Made by a program: the position numbers and the translations under genes
Notes under the pieces: generated by a model
What the model saw: the letters and a program-made list of their open reading frames with translations, nothing else
What the model was told of the DNA's origin: nothing
Databases searched by the model: none
Part shown: piece by piece, positions 39,005 through 46,748 of the stretch
How positions within the stretch are numbered: the first letter of the stretch is position 1
How the letters are laid out: each line of letters opens with the position of its first letter
Origin: Cyclobacteriaceae bacterium
Lineage (GTDB): Bacteria; Bacteroidota; Bacteroidia; Cytophagales; Cyclobacteriaceae
DNA: 64,000 nucleotides
Reading direction: 5' to 3'
NCBI GenBank assembly: GCA_044229915.1
Contig: JBGASB010000010.1
Location: 11,567 to 75,566 of the forward strand

Positions 39005-39090
39005 TAACCTTGCCTCCCTTCGTCCGCATTACCGGCATCAGGTTCTATGGGTATAATCTCAGCCCGTTTTGTTGGCACCCCTATCACGAA
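39005..39090 (-). promoter_or_regulatory. TPP (THI-box) riboswitch
   Basis: The minus strand reads GAUAGGGGUGCCAACAAAACGGGCUGAGAUUAUACCCAUAGAACCUGAUGCCGGUAAUGCGGACGAAGGGAGGC. This aligns with the E. coli thiM aptamer blocks GGGGUGCC / GGCUGAGA / UACCC / ACCUGAU / UAAUGC / AGGGA. The core is at 39013..39083, about 60 nt upstream of the receptor ATG. Confidence 0.85.
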
Positions 39091-39230
39091 ATTCTTTTCG
39101 TGACGGATCAAAGGTAACGATGAGTTTAGCTAATTTGCAAGGCAGGAGAGTTGATATTGGATTATTGAGTCTGGATACTGGAATAATAGTTTGAATCATC
39201 TATAACTATCGAATAAACGAACACTTTCTA

Positions 39231-39725
39231 ATGTATAAAGCGATTGTAAATGATAAGATTTTTGAAATTGAATCTGGTGAAGCTGGGTTTGTAGTTAATG
39301 GCGAGACCCAAGCGTGGGATCTGGTAAAAATTGCCGATGGCTACTTTCACATTCTGTATCGCAACAAAAGCTATCGGGCTGAAGTGATCAGGACCGATTC
39401 CGAAACCAAGACTTTCACCTTCAAAATCAATAGTCGTACCTACAGTGTTACCCTTAAAGACAAATTTGATTTGTTGCTTGAGAAGATGGGTATGAATAAT
39501 ACGGCCGGCAGCAAAGTCAACACGATTAAAGCTCCCATGCCCGGGTTGATCATTGATTTAAAAATTAAAGTTGGTGACGTAGTAAAGCAAGGTGATGCAC
39601 TTTTAATACTGGAAGCGATGAAAATGGAGAACATCCTGAAGTCGCCTGGCGAAGGAATCGTGAAGTCTGTGAAAGTGAAGAAAGGTGATAGTGTAGAGAA
39701 GGGTCAGGTGTTGGTGGAGTTTTAA
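39231..39725 (+). CDS. biotin carboxyl carrier (biotin/lipoyl attachment domain) protein
   Basis: C-terminal biotinyl domain with LILEAMKMENIL (AMKM biotinylation motif). Confidence 0.8.
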   Translation: MYKAIVNDKIFEIESGEAGFVVNGETQAWDLVKIADGYFHILYRNKSYRAEVIRTDSETKTFTFKINSRTYSVTLKDKFDLLLEKMGMNNTAGSKVNTIKAPMPGLIIDLKIKVGDVVKQGDALLILEAMKMENILKSPGEGIVKSVKVKKGDSVEKGQVLVEF

Positions 39726-39824
39726 TCCTTTCCGGCAATCCTTCTGAAAATAAAAAATACTCCTCGAAAATTGGCCAATCCTGACCATATTTGCGGGGTT
39801 AAAACCTGAACTATTCGTCCAACC

Positions 39825-40529
39825 ATGAAGTATAAACGCATCCTCCTCAAACTCAGCGGTGAAGCCCTGATGGGCTCTAAAAACAGCAATTTCGACCCGG
39901 CTGTACTTGAACAATACTCCGAAGAAATCAAGGGTGTCAAAGAGCAGGGTGTGGAATTGGCTATCGTAATCGGAGGCGGTAATATTTTCCGGGGTGGTCA
40001 GGCCGAAGCTTTGGGCATCGAACGGGTTCAAGGTGATTATATGGGCATGCTGGCTACTGTCATCAATGCTATGGCGCTCCAAAGCGCACTTGAAAGACAT
40101 GGCATATACACGCGATTAATGTCGGGCATAAAAATGGAGCAAGTATGTGAACCTTTTATCAGGCGAAGGGCGATCCGCCACTTAGAAAAAGGACGGGTTG
40201 TTATTTTTGGAGCCGGCATTGGAAACCCATACTTCACCACCGACTCCACGGCAAGTTTACGCGCCATCGAACTTCAAGCCGGTGTAGTATTAAAAGGTAC
40301 ACGGGTAGATGGAGTGTATGACAAAGATCCGGAAAAGTTCAGCGATGCCGTTCGCTACAGCCACCTGAGCTTTCAGGAAGCTTACTCAAAGAAATTAAAC
40401 ATCATGGACATGACGGCTTTTACCTTATGCCAGGAAAATAAATTACCCATCATTGTTTTTGATATGAATAAAAAAGGCAACCTGTTGAAAATAGCCAGAG
40501 GCGAAGAGGCAGGAACGCTGATAAGTTAA
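39825..40529 (+). CDS. pyrH: UMP kinase
   Basis: [23 protein letters not shown] and [11 protein letters not shown] motifs. Confidence 0.95.
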   Translation: MKYKRILLKLSGEALMGSKNSNFDPAVLEQYSEEIKGVKEQGVELAIVIGGGNIFRGGQAEALGIERVQGDYMGMLATVINAMALQSALERHGIYTRLMSGIKMEQVCEPFIRRRAIRHLEKGRVVIFGAGIGNPYFTTDSTASLRAIELQAGVVLKGTRVDGVYDKDPEKFSDAVRYSHLSFQEAYSKKLNIMDMTAFTLCQENKLPIIVFDMNKKGNLLKIARGEEAGTLIS

Positions 40530-40602
40530 TTTGAGAGTTAAGATTGATGATTTTTTAGATTTAAAATCACCAATCCTAAATCATAAATCTTAAATCACTT
40601 TT

Positions 40603-41157
40603 ATGGAAGAGATCGAACTTTACCTCGAAGAAGCAAAAGATCAGATGAACAAAGCCATTTCTCATGTAACGCATGAACTGGCAAAAATCAGAGCTGGCAA
40701 AGCTAACCCCGCCATGCTCGATGGCATACAAGTATCATATTATGGTGCAATGAGTCCGTTAAATCAGGTGTCATCCATCACCTCACAAGACGCCCGCACA
40801 CTGTTTATTAAGCCATGGGAAAAAGGACTGATACCTGAAATAGAAAAAGCCATTATGGTAGCCAACCTGGGGCTTACTCCACAAAATGACGGGCAGCAGG
40901 TAATCATTAATATCCCGATGCTCACCGAAGAAAGAAGAAAACAACTGGTGAAGCAATCCAGCCATGAGTGTGAACAGGGCAAAGTAAGTATTCGAAGCAT
41001 CCGCAAAGACACAAACGAGCAACTCAAGAAAATTAAAGGCGTGTCGGAAGACGATGTGAAGAATGCTGAAGATACGGTACAAAAACTGACTGACGAATCC
41101 ATTCATAAGGTTGATGCCCTGCTGAAAAAGAAAGAAGCAGAGATCATGACCGTTTAG
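40603..41157 (+). CDS. frr: ribosome recycling factor
   Basis: 184 aa with IRAGKANPAMLD, LTEERRKQLVK and IRSIRKD motifs. It follows pyrH, as is usual. Confidence 0.95.
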   Translation: MEEIELYLEEAKDQMNKAISHVTHELAKIRAGKANPAMLDGIQVSYYGAMSPLNQVSSITSQDARTLFIKPWEKGLIPEIEKAIMVANLGLTPQNDGQQVIINIPMLTEERRKQLVKQSSHECEQGKVSIRSIRKDTNEQLKKIKGVSEDDVKNAEDTVQKLTDESIHKVDALLKKKEAEIMTV

Positions 41158-41164
41158 TTTGAGA

Positions 41165-41216
41165 ATTTGAAGGTGGTACAATTTGAAATGAATATCATTT
41201 TCAAATCTTCAAATTG
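41165..41216 (+). terminator. composite hairpin after frr
   Basis: AATTTGAAG (41165-41173) pairs with CTTCAAATT (41208-41216), 9 bp. An inner stem pairs ATTTGAAATGA with TCATTTTCAAAT (one bulge). There is no long T tract. Confidence 0.45.
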
Positions 41217-41235
41217 ATTCATTTTCAAATTAATT

Positions 41236-42021
41236 ATGTACCCTATACTCTTTAATGCCGGATCGTTTACCATTTACACCTATGGGTTCTGCATAGCGGT
41301 TGGGGCATTGCTCGGCTTTGGCTACATGTACTGGCAGGGTAAAAAGCAATTCAACCTTACCTTCGACCAAAGTAATAATCTGTTCATTATGCTGGTGGTT
41401 GGAGGTGTAATTGGCGGCAAATTGTTCCTAATCTTTGAAGAACCTTCGTTGTATCTAAGTCAGCCGAAAAAGCTACTTTCTGGTAGTGGCTTTGTTTTTT
41501 ATGGATCGTTGCTTTTGACGATACCCATTATGTTGTGGTACTTCAGAAAAATAAAAGTACCGGTTCTGGGAATGCTGGATGTGATGGCGGTGGTGACCTG
41601 CATTGTTCATGGTTTTGGTCGTATCGGATGTTTTATGGCTGGATGTTGCTATGGAAAACCCACTGATAGTATTTTCGGGGTAACCTTTACAAATCCGGTT
41701 TGCCAAGCCGAACCTTTGAATACTGCACTCCACCCGACTCAACTTTATGAGGCTGTTTTGATATTTAGTCTAATGACCGGACTAATCATTCTAAAGTCCA
41801 ATAAGAAATTTGAGGGTCAACTTTTTCTGCTTTACCTGATTACCTATGCGTTTGGCCGAGGTGTACTGGAGCTGTTCAGAGGCGATATTCAAAGAGGTTT
41901 TATTATCGAGGATGTTCTATCCAACTCCCAATTTATATCTCTAATTGTCATTTCTGTTGCCATCTTTTTCTATATTAGATTGAAGAGAAAGAGTAACTTG
42001 CTTACACTTAAAAAATCTTAG
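41236..42021 (+). CDS. lgt: prolipoprotein diacylglyceryl transferase
   Basis: IYTYGFCIAVG, HGFGRIGCFMAGCCYGKPT and HPTQLYEA motifs. Confidence 0.9.
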   Translation: MYPILFNAGSFTIYTYGFCIAVGALLGFGYMYWQGKKQFNLTFDQSNNLFIMLVVGGVIGGKLFLIFEEPSLYLSQPKKLLSGSGFVFYGSLLLTIPIMLWYFRKIKVPVLGMLDVMAVVTCIVHGFGRIGCFMAGCCYGKPTDSIFGVTFTNPVCQAEPLNTALHPTQLYEAVLIFSLMTGLIILKSNKKFEGQLFLLYLITYAFGRGVLELFRGDIQRGFIIEDVLSNSQFISLIVISVAIFFYIRLKRKSNLLTLKKS

Positions 42022-42023
42022 TT

Positions 42024-42449
42024 ATGGAATCGGACAGCTTCATCAAAAAGACCGCACGCACAACAATGAAAATTGTAAAGCGAATTCTTCTTATCGCACT
42101 GGCATTAGGAATCGCCACCTTGGCTTTTCTTTATTTTGGCGTTTATGAGCGTGGCGTGATGTCCGGAAAAGTGCTTCGCATAACTGAGAAAGGCATGGTT
42201 TTCAAAACGTATGAAGGCAAACTAAATCTGGAATCATTTGGGGCATTAAAGGGAGCAAGTCCTGTGGCCGAAACATTTGATTTTTCCGTGGAATCCAACC
42301 AGACCGATGTGATTAAACAACTTGAGGAAGTTTCGTTAAGTGGTGAACGGGTAAGTTTACATTTTGTGAAGCGATATATGAAGTTTCCATGGCGTGGTGA
42401 TACCTCTTATTTTATTGAATCGGTTGATCGCGAAACCCAACCACAATAA
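42024..42449 (+). CDS. hypothetical membrane-anchored protein
   Basis: One N-terminal TM helix (ILLIALALGIATLAFLYFGV). It is tightly coupled to lgt (2-nt gap) and to the next gene (TAATG overlap). The start may be the internal MKIVKR. Confidence 0.5.
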   Translation: MESDSFIKKTARTTMKIVKRILLIALALGIATLAFLYFGVYERGVMSGKVLRITEKGMVFKTYEGKLNLESFGALKGASPVAETFDFSVESNQTDVIKQLEEVSLSGERVSLHFVKRYMKFPWRGDTSYFIESVDRETQPQ

Positions 42450-43507
42450 TGCCTGATAATACAATTATTCTTTATGGTTCTTATGGCTATACCGGCAAAC
42501 TGATAGCCAAAGAATGCAAAGCAAAAAATCTTAATGTAATACTGGCCGGTCGCAACCACGAAGCATTACAAAAACAAAGCGAAGAAACGGGATATCCATA
42601 TGAGGTACTTGAGATACAAGACAACACAGCGCTTAAGAACCTTTTGTTGAAAGGAAATCTTGTCATTCACTCAGCAGGTCCATTTCGCCACACGGCTAAA
42701 CTTATGGCCGATGCCTGTCTTGAAACCAAAACTCACTATACTGACATTACAGGAGAGTATCAGGTATTTGAAATGCTGGCCGGCTATGATCAAAAAGGAA
42801 AAGCTGCCGGTATTACCATCATCCCGGGCACAGGCTTCGATGTGGTTCCCTCTGATTGCCTTGCCCTACATTTAAAGAACCGTTTGCCCTCGACAACACA
42901 TTTACAACTAGCATTTACAATGTCGAAAGGAGGTTTATCGCGTGGAACAAAAAAAAGCATGACTGAAGGCCTGGGCGATGGCGGCAAAATCCGTGAGAAT
43001 GGGTCCCTGGTTCGAATCGAATTAGGCGATAAAAGCATGGAGGTCGACTTCGGATCATTTAAAACTCCTACACTCTGCATTCCATGGGGTGATATCTCAA
43101 CAGCCTGGCGCAGTACAGGAATTCCGAATATTGAAGTTTATACCGGGGCCACACCCGGCATGATAAAAAACGCAAAGCGCACCCGCTATATCAATTGGTT
43201 TTTACGAATGCCATGGGTAAAAAACATCATGTTGAAAAAGATTGATAAGCAAAAGCCAGGGCCCAGCGATGAGAAACGGGAAAGTGGCCGCAGTTTTTTA
43301 TGGGGCAAAGTGTGGGACTCTTCTGGCAGAGTGGCAGAAAGTCGTTTAGAAACTGTTAGTGGTTATACGCTCACTGCAAAAACCGCTGTGCTTATTGCCG
43401 AAAAAATTCTCCGTGGCAATTTCAAAGCCGGGTATCAAACTCCAGCTATGGCCTATGGGGCGGATTTAATCATGGAAATAGATCAAACCAAAAGAAGTGA
43501 TCAATAA
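42449..43507 (+). CDS. saccharopine dehydrogenase-like NAD(P)-binding family protein
   Basis: N-terminal Rossmann motif IILYGSYGYTGKLIA...ILAGRN, with length and architecture typical of this family. Confidence 0.8.
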   Translation: MPDNTIILYGSYGYTGKLIAKECKAKNLNVILAGRNHEALQKQSEETGYPYEVLEIQDNTALKNLLLKGNLVIHSAGPFRHTAKLMADACLETKTHYTDITGEYQVFEMLAGYDQKGKAAGITIIPGTGFDVVPSDCLALHLKNRLPSTTHLQLAFTMSKGGLSRGTKKSMTEGLGDGGKIRENGSLVRIELGDKSMEVDFGSFKTPTLCIPWGDISTAWRSTGIPNIEVYTGATPGMIKNAKRTRYINWFLRMPWVKNIMLKKIDKQKPGPSDEKRESGRSFLWGKVWDSSGRVAESRLETVSGYTLTAKTAVLIAEKILRGNFKAGYQTPAMAYGADLIMEIDQTKRSDQ

Positions 43508-44080
43508 TTATTGATCTCCCGAAACCAAAAGTTTTTCCAACTCCTCTTTCTCTTTCATGTTGATACCATTTTTTTCTATGGATTTATTCACATCAGTTCC
43601 AGGAATGCGTGTCAGGATTACGGGCCGGTTTTTGTATACCACTTTCTCGGTAAAGATTGTATCGGGTTTTGAAGCAACAAAAATTGTGTCGTGAACTACA
43701 ACCGGTTTGAAGGTTTGTGTTTGAGAATTTTCATTTGTTGAATGGCCAATCCACCAACCAAGGCTACCGAATAGAAGAGACATTATTACGGCACTCATCG
43801 AAGGCTTTAACAGCCAGGATATACCGGAGCTTTGCCTGGACTTTGTCACTCTCAAATGCTTTGTGAGGTGAATAAGGTTCTCGGAATCCGGATCGCCAAT
43901 CTTGGTATTCAGAAAGTATTGACGGATTTCGATCCCTGAACTCCGCAAGTTTTCATATTCTTCCATAGATATAACCCACTGCCCCACCCACTCCTTTTCT
44001 TCCTTACTGAGTTCAGCATACGACCTGCTTTGGAGCAATTGCTCCAGCTTCTCCAGATCAACCATTTCAGTGTTTTTCAT
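43508..44080 (-). CDS. putative anti-sigma factor (single-pass membrane protein)
   Basis: 4-nt overlap with the upstream ECF sigma gene. One TM helix (MSAVIMSLLFGSLGWWIG) separates the N- and C-terminal parts. Confidence 0.6.
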   Translation of the reverse strand: MKNTEMVDLEKLEQLLQSRSYAELSKEEKEWVGQWVISMEEYENLRSSGIEIRQYFLNTKIGDPDSENLIHLTKHLRVTKSRQSSGISWLLKPSMSAVIMSLLFGSLGWWIGHSTNENSQTQTFKPVVVHDTIFVASKPDTIFTEKVVYKNRPVILTRIPGTDVNKSIEKNGINMKEKEELEKLLVSGDQ

Positions 44081-44664
44081 ATAGCACGTTCATTAAAAAT
44101 GATCTTAAATGCATTTAGTTTTTTAGCGAGTTCTTTTCGTAAGTAGAATAGCCTCGACTTTACAGTACCTTCCGGCATACTTACGATTCCGCTCATTTGT
44201 TCAATACTCAATTCTTCTTCGTATCGAAGCAACAATAAAGTCTTATCTTCCTCGTCCAACTCATCCAACAGCAGATCTAATTTATGTTTGACGATTTGCT
44301 TATCGAGATTTTCGGTTAAATCCACAAGCCCAGGTTCGGCATAATGAACTTCATAAAGCCGATTTTGATTAGCTCTTTTACGGTATTCATTTTTGCACAT
44401 ATTATGCGCTATGGAATATAACCAGGTAGAAAATTTACGGGAGCCATCAAACCGCTGTGGGTTGTCAATGATTTTAATAAAAATATCGTGAAGAAAATCC
44501 TGACCCTTCTGTTGATCGCGCCACAGCATGCGTGTAAAGTAGCGCATCAGTGGAGTGCTGTAGCGTTGATAAATTTCTGTTAACGCTGCCTCACTCCCCT
44601 GATGAACCTTTTGCATTAACTCCTCATCCGTTTGGAGGGAGAGTCGTTTTTTAAAGAATATCAA
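44077..44664 (-). CDS. ECF-type RNA polymerase sigma-70 family factor
   Basis: Region 2 (FSTWLYSIAHNMCKNEYRK) and region 4 HTH (LSIEQMSGIVSMPEGTVKSRLFYLRKEL). Confidence 0.9.
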   Translation of the reverse strand: MIFFKKRLSLQTDEELMQKVHQGSEAALTEIYQRYSTPLMRYFTRMLWRDQQKGQDFLHDIFIKIIDNPQRFDGSRKFSTWLYSIAHNMCKNEYRKRANQNRLYEVHYAEPGLVDLTENLDKQIVKHKLDLLLDELDEEDKTLLLLRYEEELSIEQMSGIVSMPEGTVKSRLFYLRKELAKKLNAFKIIFNERAI

Positions 44665-44667
44665 TTC

Positions 44668-46665
44668 CTATTGTTCAATAATTTCCATGAAAACCCTAAA
44701 CCCAATTGCTGCATCCGGGCCCTTATACAAGTTCACACTTTTAATGGTAGATTCCTCGGGTGGGTGATTCCAACTTCCCCCACAGGCCTTTCCTTTCTCA
44801 CTGGTCATCTCAGCAACGTTACCCACCACATCATACAGTCCAATATCATTCGGGAAATATGTTTCCACAGGCCCCATCATCATCCAACCATCTGCTGAAG
44901 TCATCCGCTCCGGCATACAAGGTTTTTCATTGTCAGGTGTTTTAAAGTTACCCAGATAACAGTTCTTTTGATTGCGAGGTGAGTTTCTATAGTTATAAAC
45001 CCTAAACCATGGATAAAGCACGTCTGGATCACCCACTGAGACTTTCTTTAATTCGAAATCTTTACCAAACTCCTTTCCAGGAGGATAGAGCTTCACCTCT
45101 ACCATTTGTTCATTAACATTCCACGAAGTAGGGTTTTCTATAGAAGCTGCTGCTATCTGATATTCCTCAACAGTAGGAAGACGAAACTTTACCTTCTTAT
45201 ATTTCTTCTCAGCCAATCCATTATACTGATCTGTTAACCACGAACAATAGGCCATTGCCGCTTCGTAAGAAACATTAACGGCCGGATATTGAGTAAAATA
45301 CTTCTCTTTCTTTGTTACGATTCTTGCTGAAGTATAATTCTTCATCATAGAAAGAGCAGGCTCCTCATAAGCCGAAAGGTCAAATTTGTACTTCTCATAC
45401 AGATCGATAAGATTATGCTTAACCAAGTAAGCAAGGAACTCATTATATTGTTCATTACGAACTTCCGCTTCCTCAGCAAACAGCTTATTACTTATAGGTC
45501 TGAAACGACCTTCTATTGATTTTGCATTCGATGCATCAGGGAAATATGGTATCGCATCTGATTTATTTCGGCTTAGAAAATTATTAACCAGATCTTCTTT
45601 ATTGGTATTGGTCGCTATTTTATAAACCAAGGCACTTAATTCGGCCTGTTTCTCTTTCTCACCAATCTTTTCATAATGTTCATAGAGCAGCAAAAGCGGA
45701 ACAAGATAATTTGAGCTTAAGACGTTGCCTGTATCAAACTGGCTGGTGCCATTAAAATCTACTGCTAAATAATCCAGAAAGAATCGCTTTTCCAGATTAT
45801 CCTTTATGAGCGCGATATTATCAATTCGGGTTTGGCTGATTTGAGAGGCAAGGCCAACCACGTAAAGTTGATCCTTCAAGTCACTTATATTTTCTTTGGA
45901 TAACGTAAGTGCATAATAAAATTTACGTGTTGAATTCTCAACCGGCAAAGCAGCGCAAATGAGTTGTTTAAAATCCGGATTCGTTTCAGTTATAGTAGGA
46001 AGCACTAGACCAGCATCAACTAATTTTGATTTACGATAATCCGGATAACTAATCATATCCAGATTAAGGACAGTTACATCCGACCGAACGTTCCAAACAT
46101 CTTGCAAGGCTAATAACGGCAAGGTGGTATTGTCGCCTTCCGTAAACAAAACCGAGCCTGATTCGACCGACATTAAAACATTGTAACTATAGCTGAGCAA
46201 TGAGGTCGATAGAATTCCAGCTTCATGCATTTTTTTCGCATAGAATTTTCTGTTCTTTTCATTTCCCTGAAATTCGCTGGCCAGCATAAGTAAGCCATAA
46301 GACCCTGAGTGCTCCGGCTTCATTTCATAAGCTTTATTCAAATTATTAGTGGCATCGAAACCAAACCCGGCATGCCAACCCCGAATGAGGTAGTACTCAA
46401 ACGTATTGGGAATCGCTGTTGTCATTTTCTCAACAATCTGGTCAAGTTGTTCGGCATTTCGCTGGGCAAATCGGGTAGCGGCATAAAAATTCAGCCAGGC
46501 ATCCGCCTCAGTTGAATGACTTTGCACATACGAGCTCCATTCAAGCATTTGATCAGAATACCAGCTAATAGGCCTTAAAATCTTCGTTTTTGGATAGATT
46601 TTTTCAGGAGTTGCCTGAAGAGTAAGCCCAATTAATATCAAAGGGATAAAAAGAATCTTCTTCAT
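44668..46665 (-). CDS. exported protein with C-terminal FGE-sulfatase (SUMF1/EgtB/PvdO-like) domain and a large N-terminal domain of unknown function
   Basis: Signal peptide MKKILFIPLILIGLTLQA. C-terminal FGE-type motifs: PAVNVSYEAAMAYCSWL, FRLPTVEEYQIAA, GLYDVVGNVAEM, GGSWNHP and IGFRV. The N-terminal roughly 430 aa are unassigned. Confidence 0.8.
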   Translation of the reverse strand: MKKILFIPLILIGLTLQATPEKIYPKTKILRPISWYSDQMLEWSSYVQSHSTEADAWLNFYAATRFAQRNAEQLDQIVEKMTTAIPNTFEYYLIRGWHAGFGFDATNNLNKAYEMKPEHSGSYGLLMLASEFQGNEKNRKFYAKKMHEAGILSTSLLSYSYNVLMSVESGSVLFTEGDNTTLPLLALQDVWNVRSDVTVLNLDMISYPDYRKSKLVDAGLVLPTITETNPDFKQLICAALPVENSTRKFYYALTLSKENISDLKDQLYVVGLASQISQTRIDNIALIKDNLEKRFFLDYLAVDFNGTSQFDTGNVLSSNYLVPLLLLYEHYEKIGEKEKQAELSALVYKIATNTNKEDLVNNFLSRNKSDAIPYFPDASNAKSIEGRFRPISNKLFAEEAEVRNEQYNEFLAYLVKHNLIDLYEKYKFDLSAYEEPALSMMKNYTSARIVTKKEKYFTQYPAVNVSYEAAMAYCSWLTDQYNGLAEKKYKKVKFRLPTVEEYQIAAASIENPTSWNVNEQMVEVKLYPPGKEFGKDFELKKVSVGDPDVLYPWFRVYNYRNSPRNQKNCYLGNFKTPDNEKPCMPERMTSADGWMMMGPVETYFPNDIGLYDVVGNVAEMTSEKGKACGGSWNHPPEESTIKSVNLYKGPDAAIGFRVFMEIIEQ

Positions 46666-46748
46666 AGTGACAGTTTTAGTACCCTGTACACCGGAACTCC
46701 GATTCAGTTCAAATTATTTTAGTGAATTAGTAAAATCTCGCCTATTAG

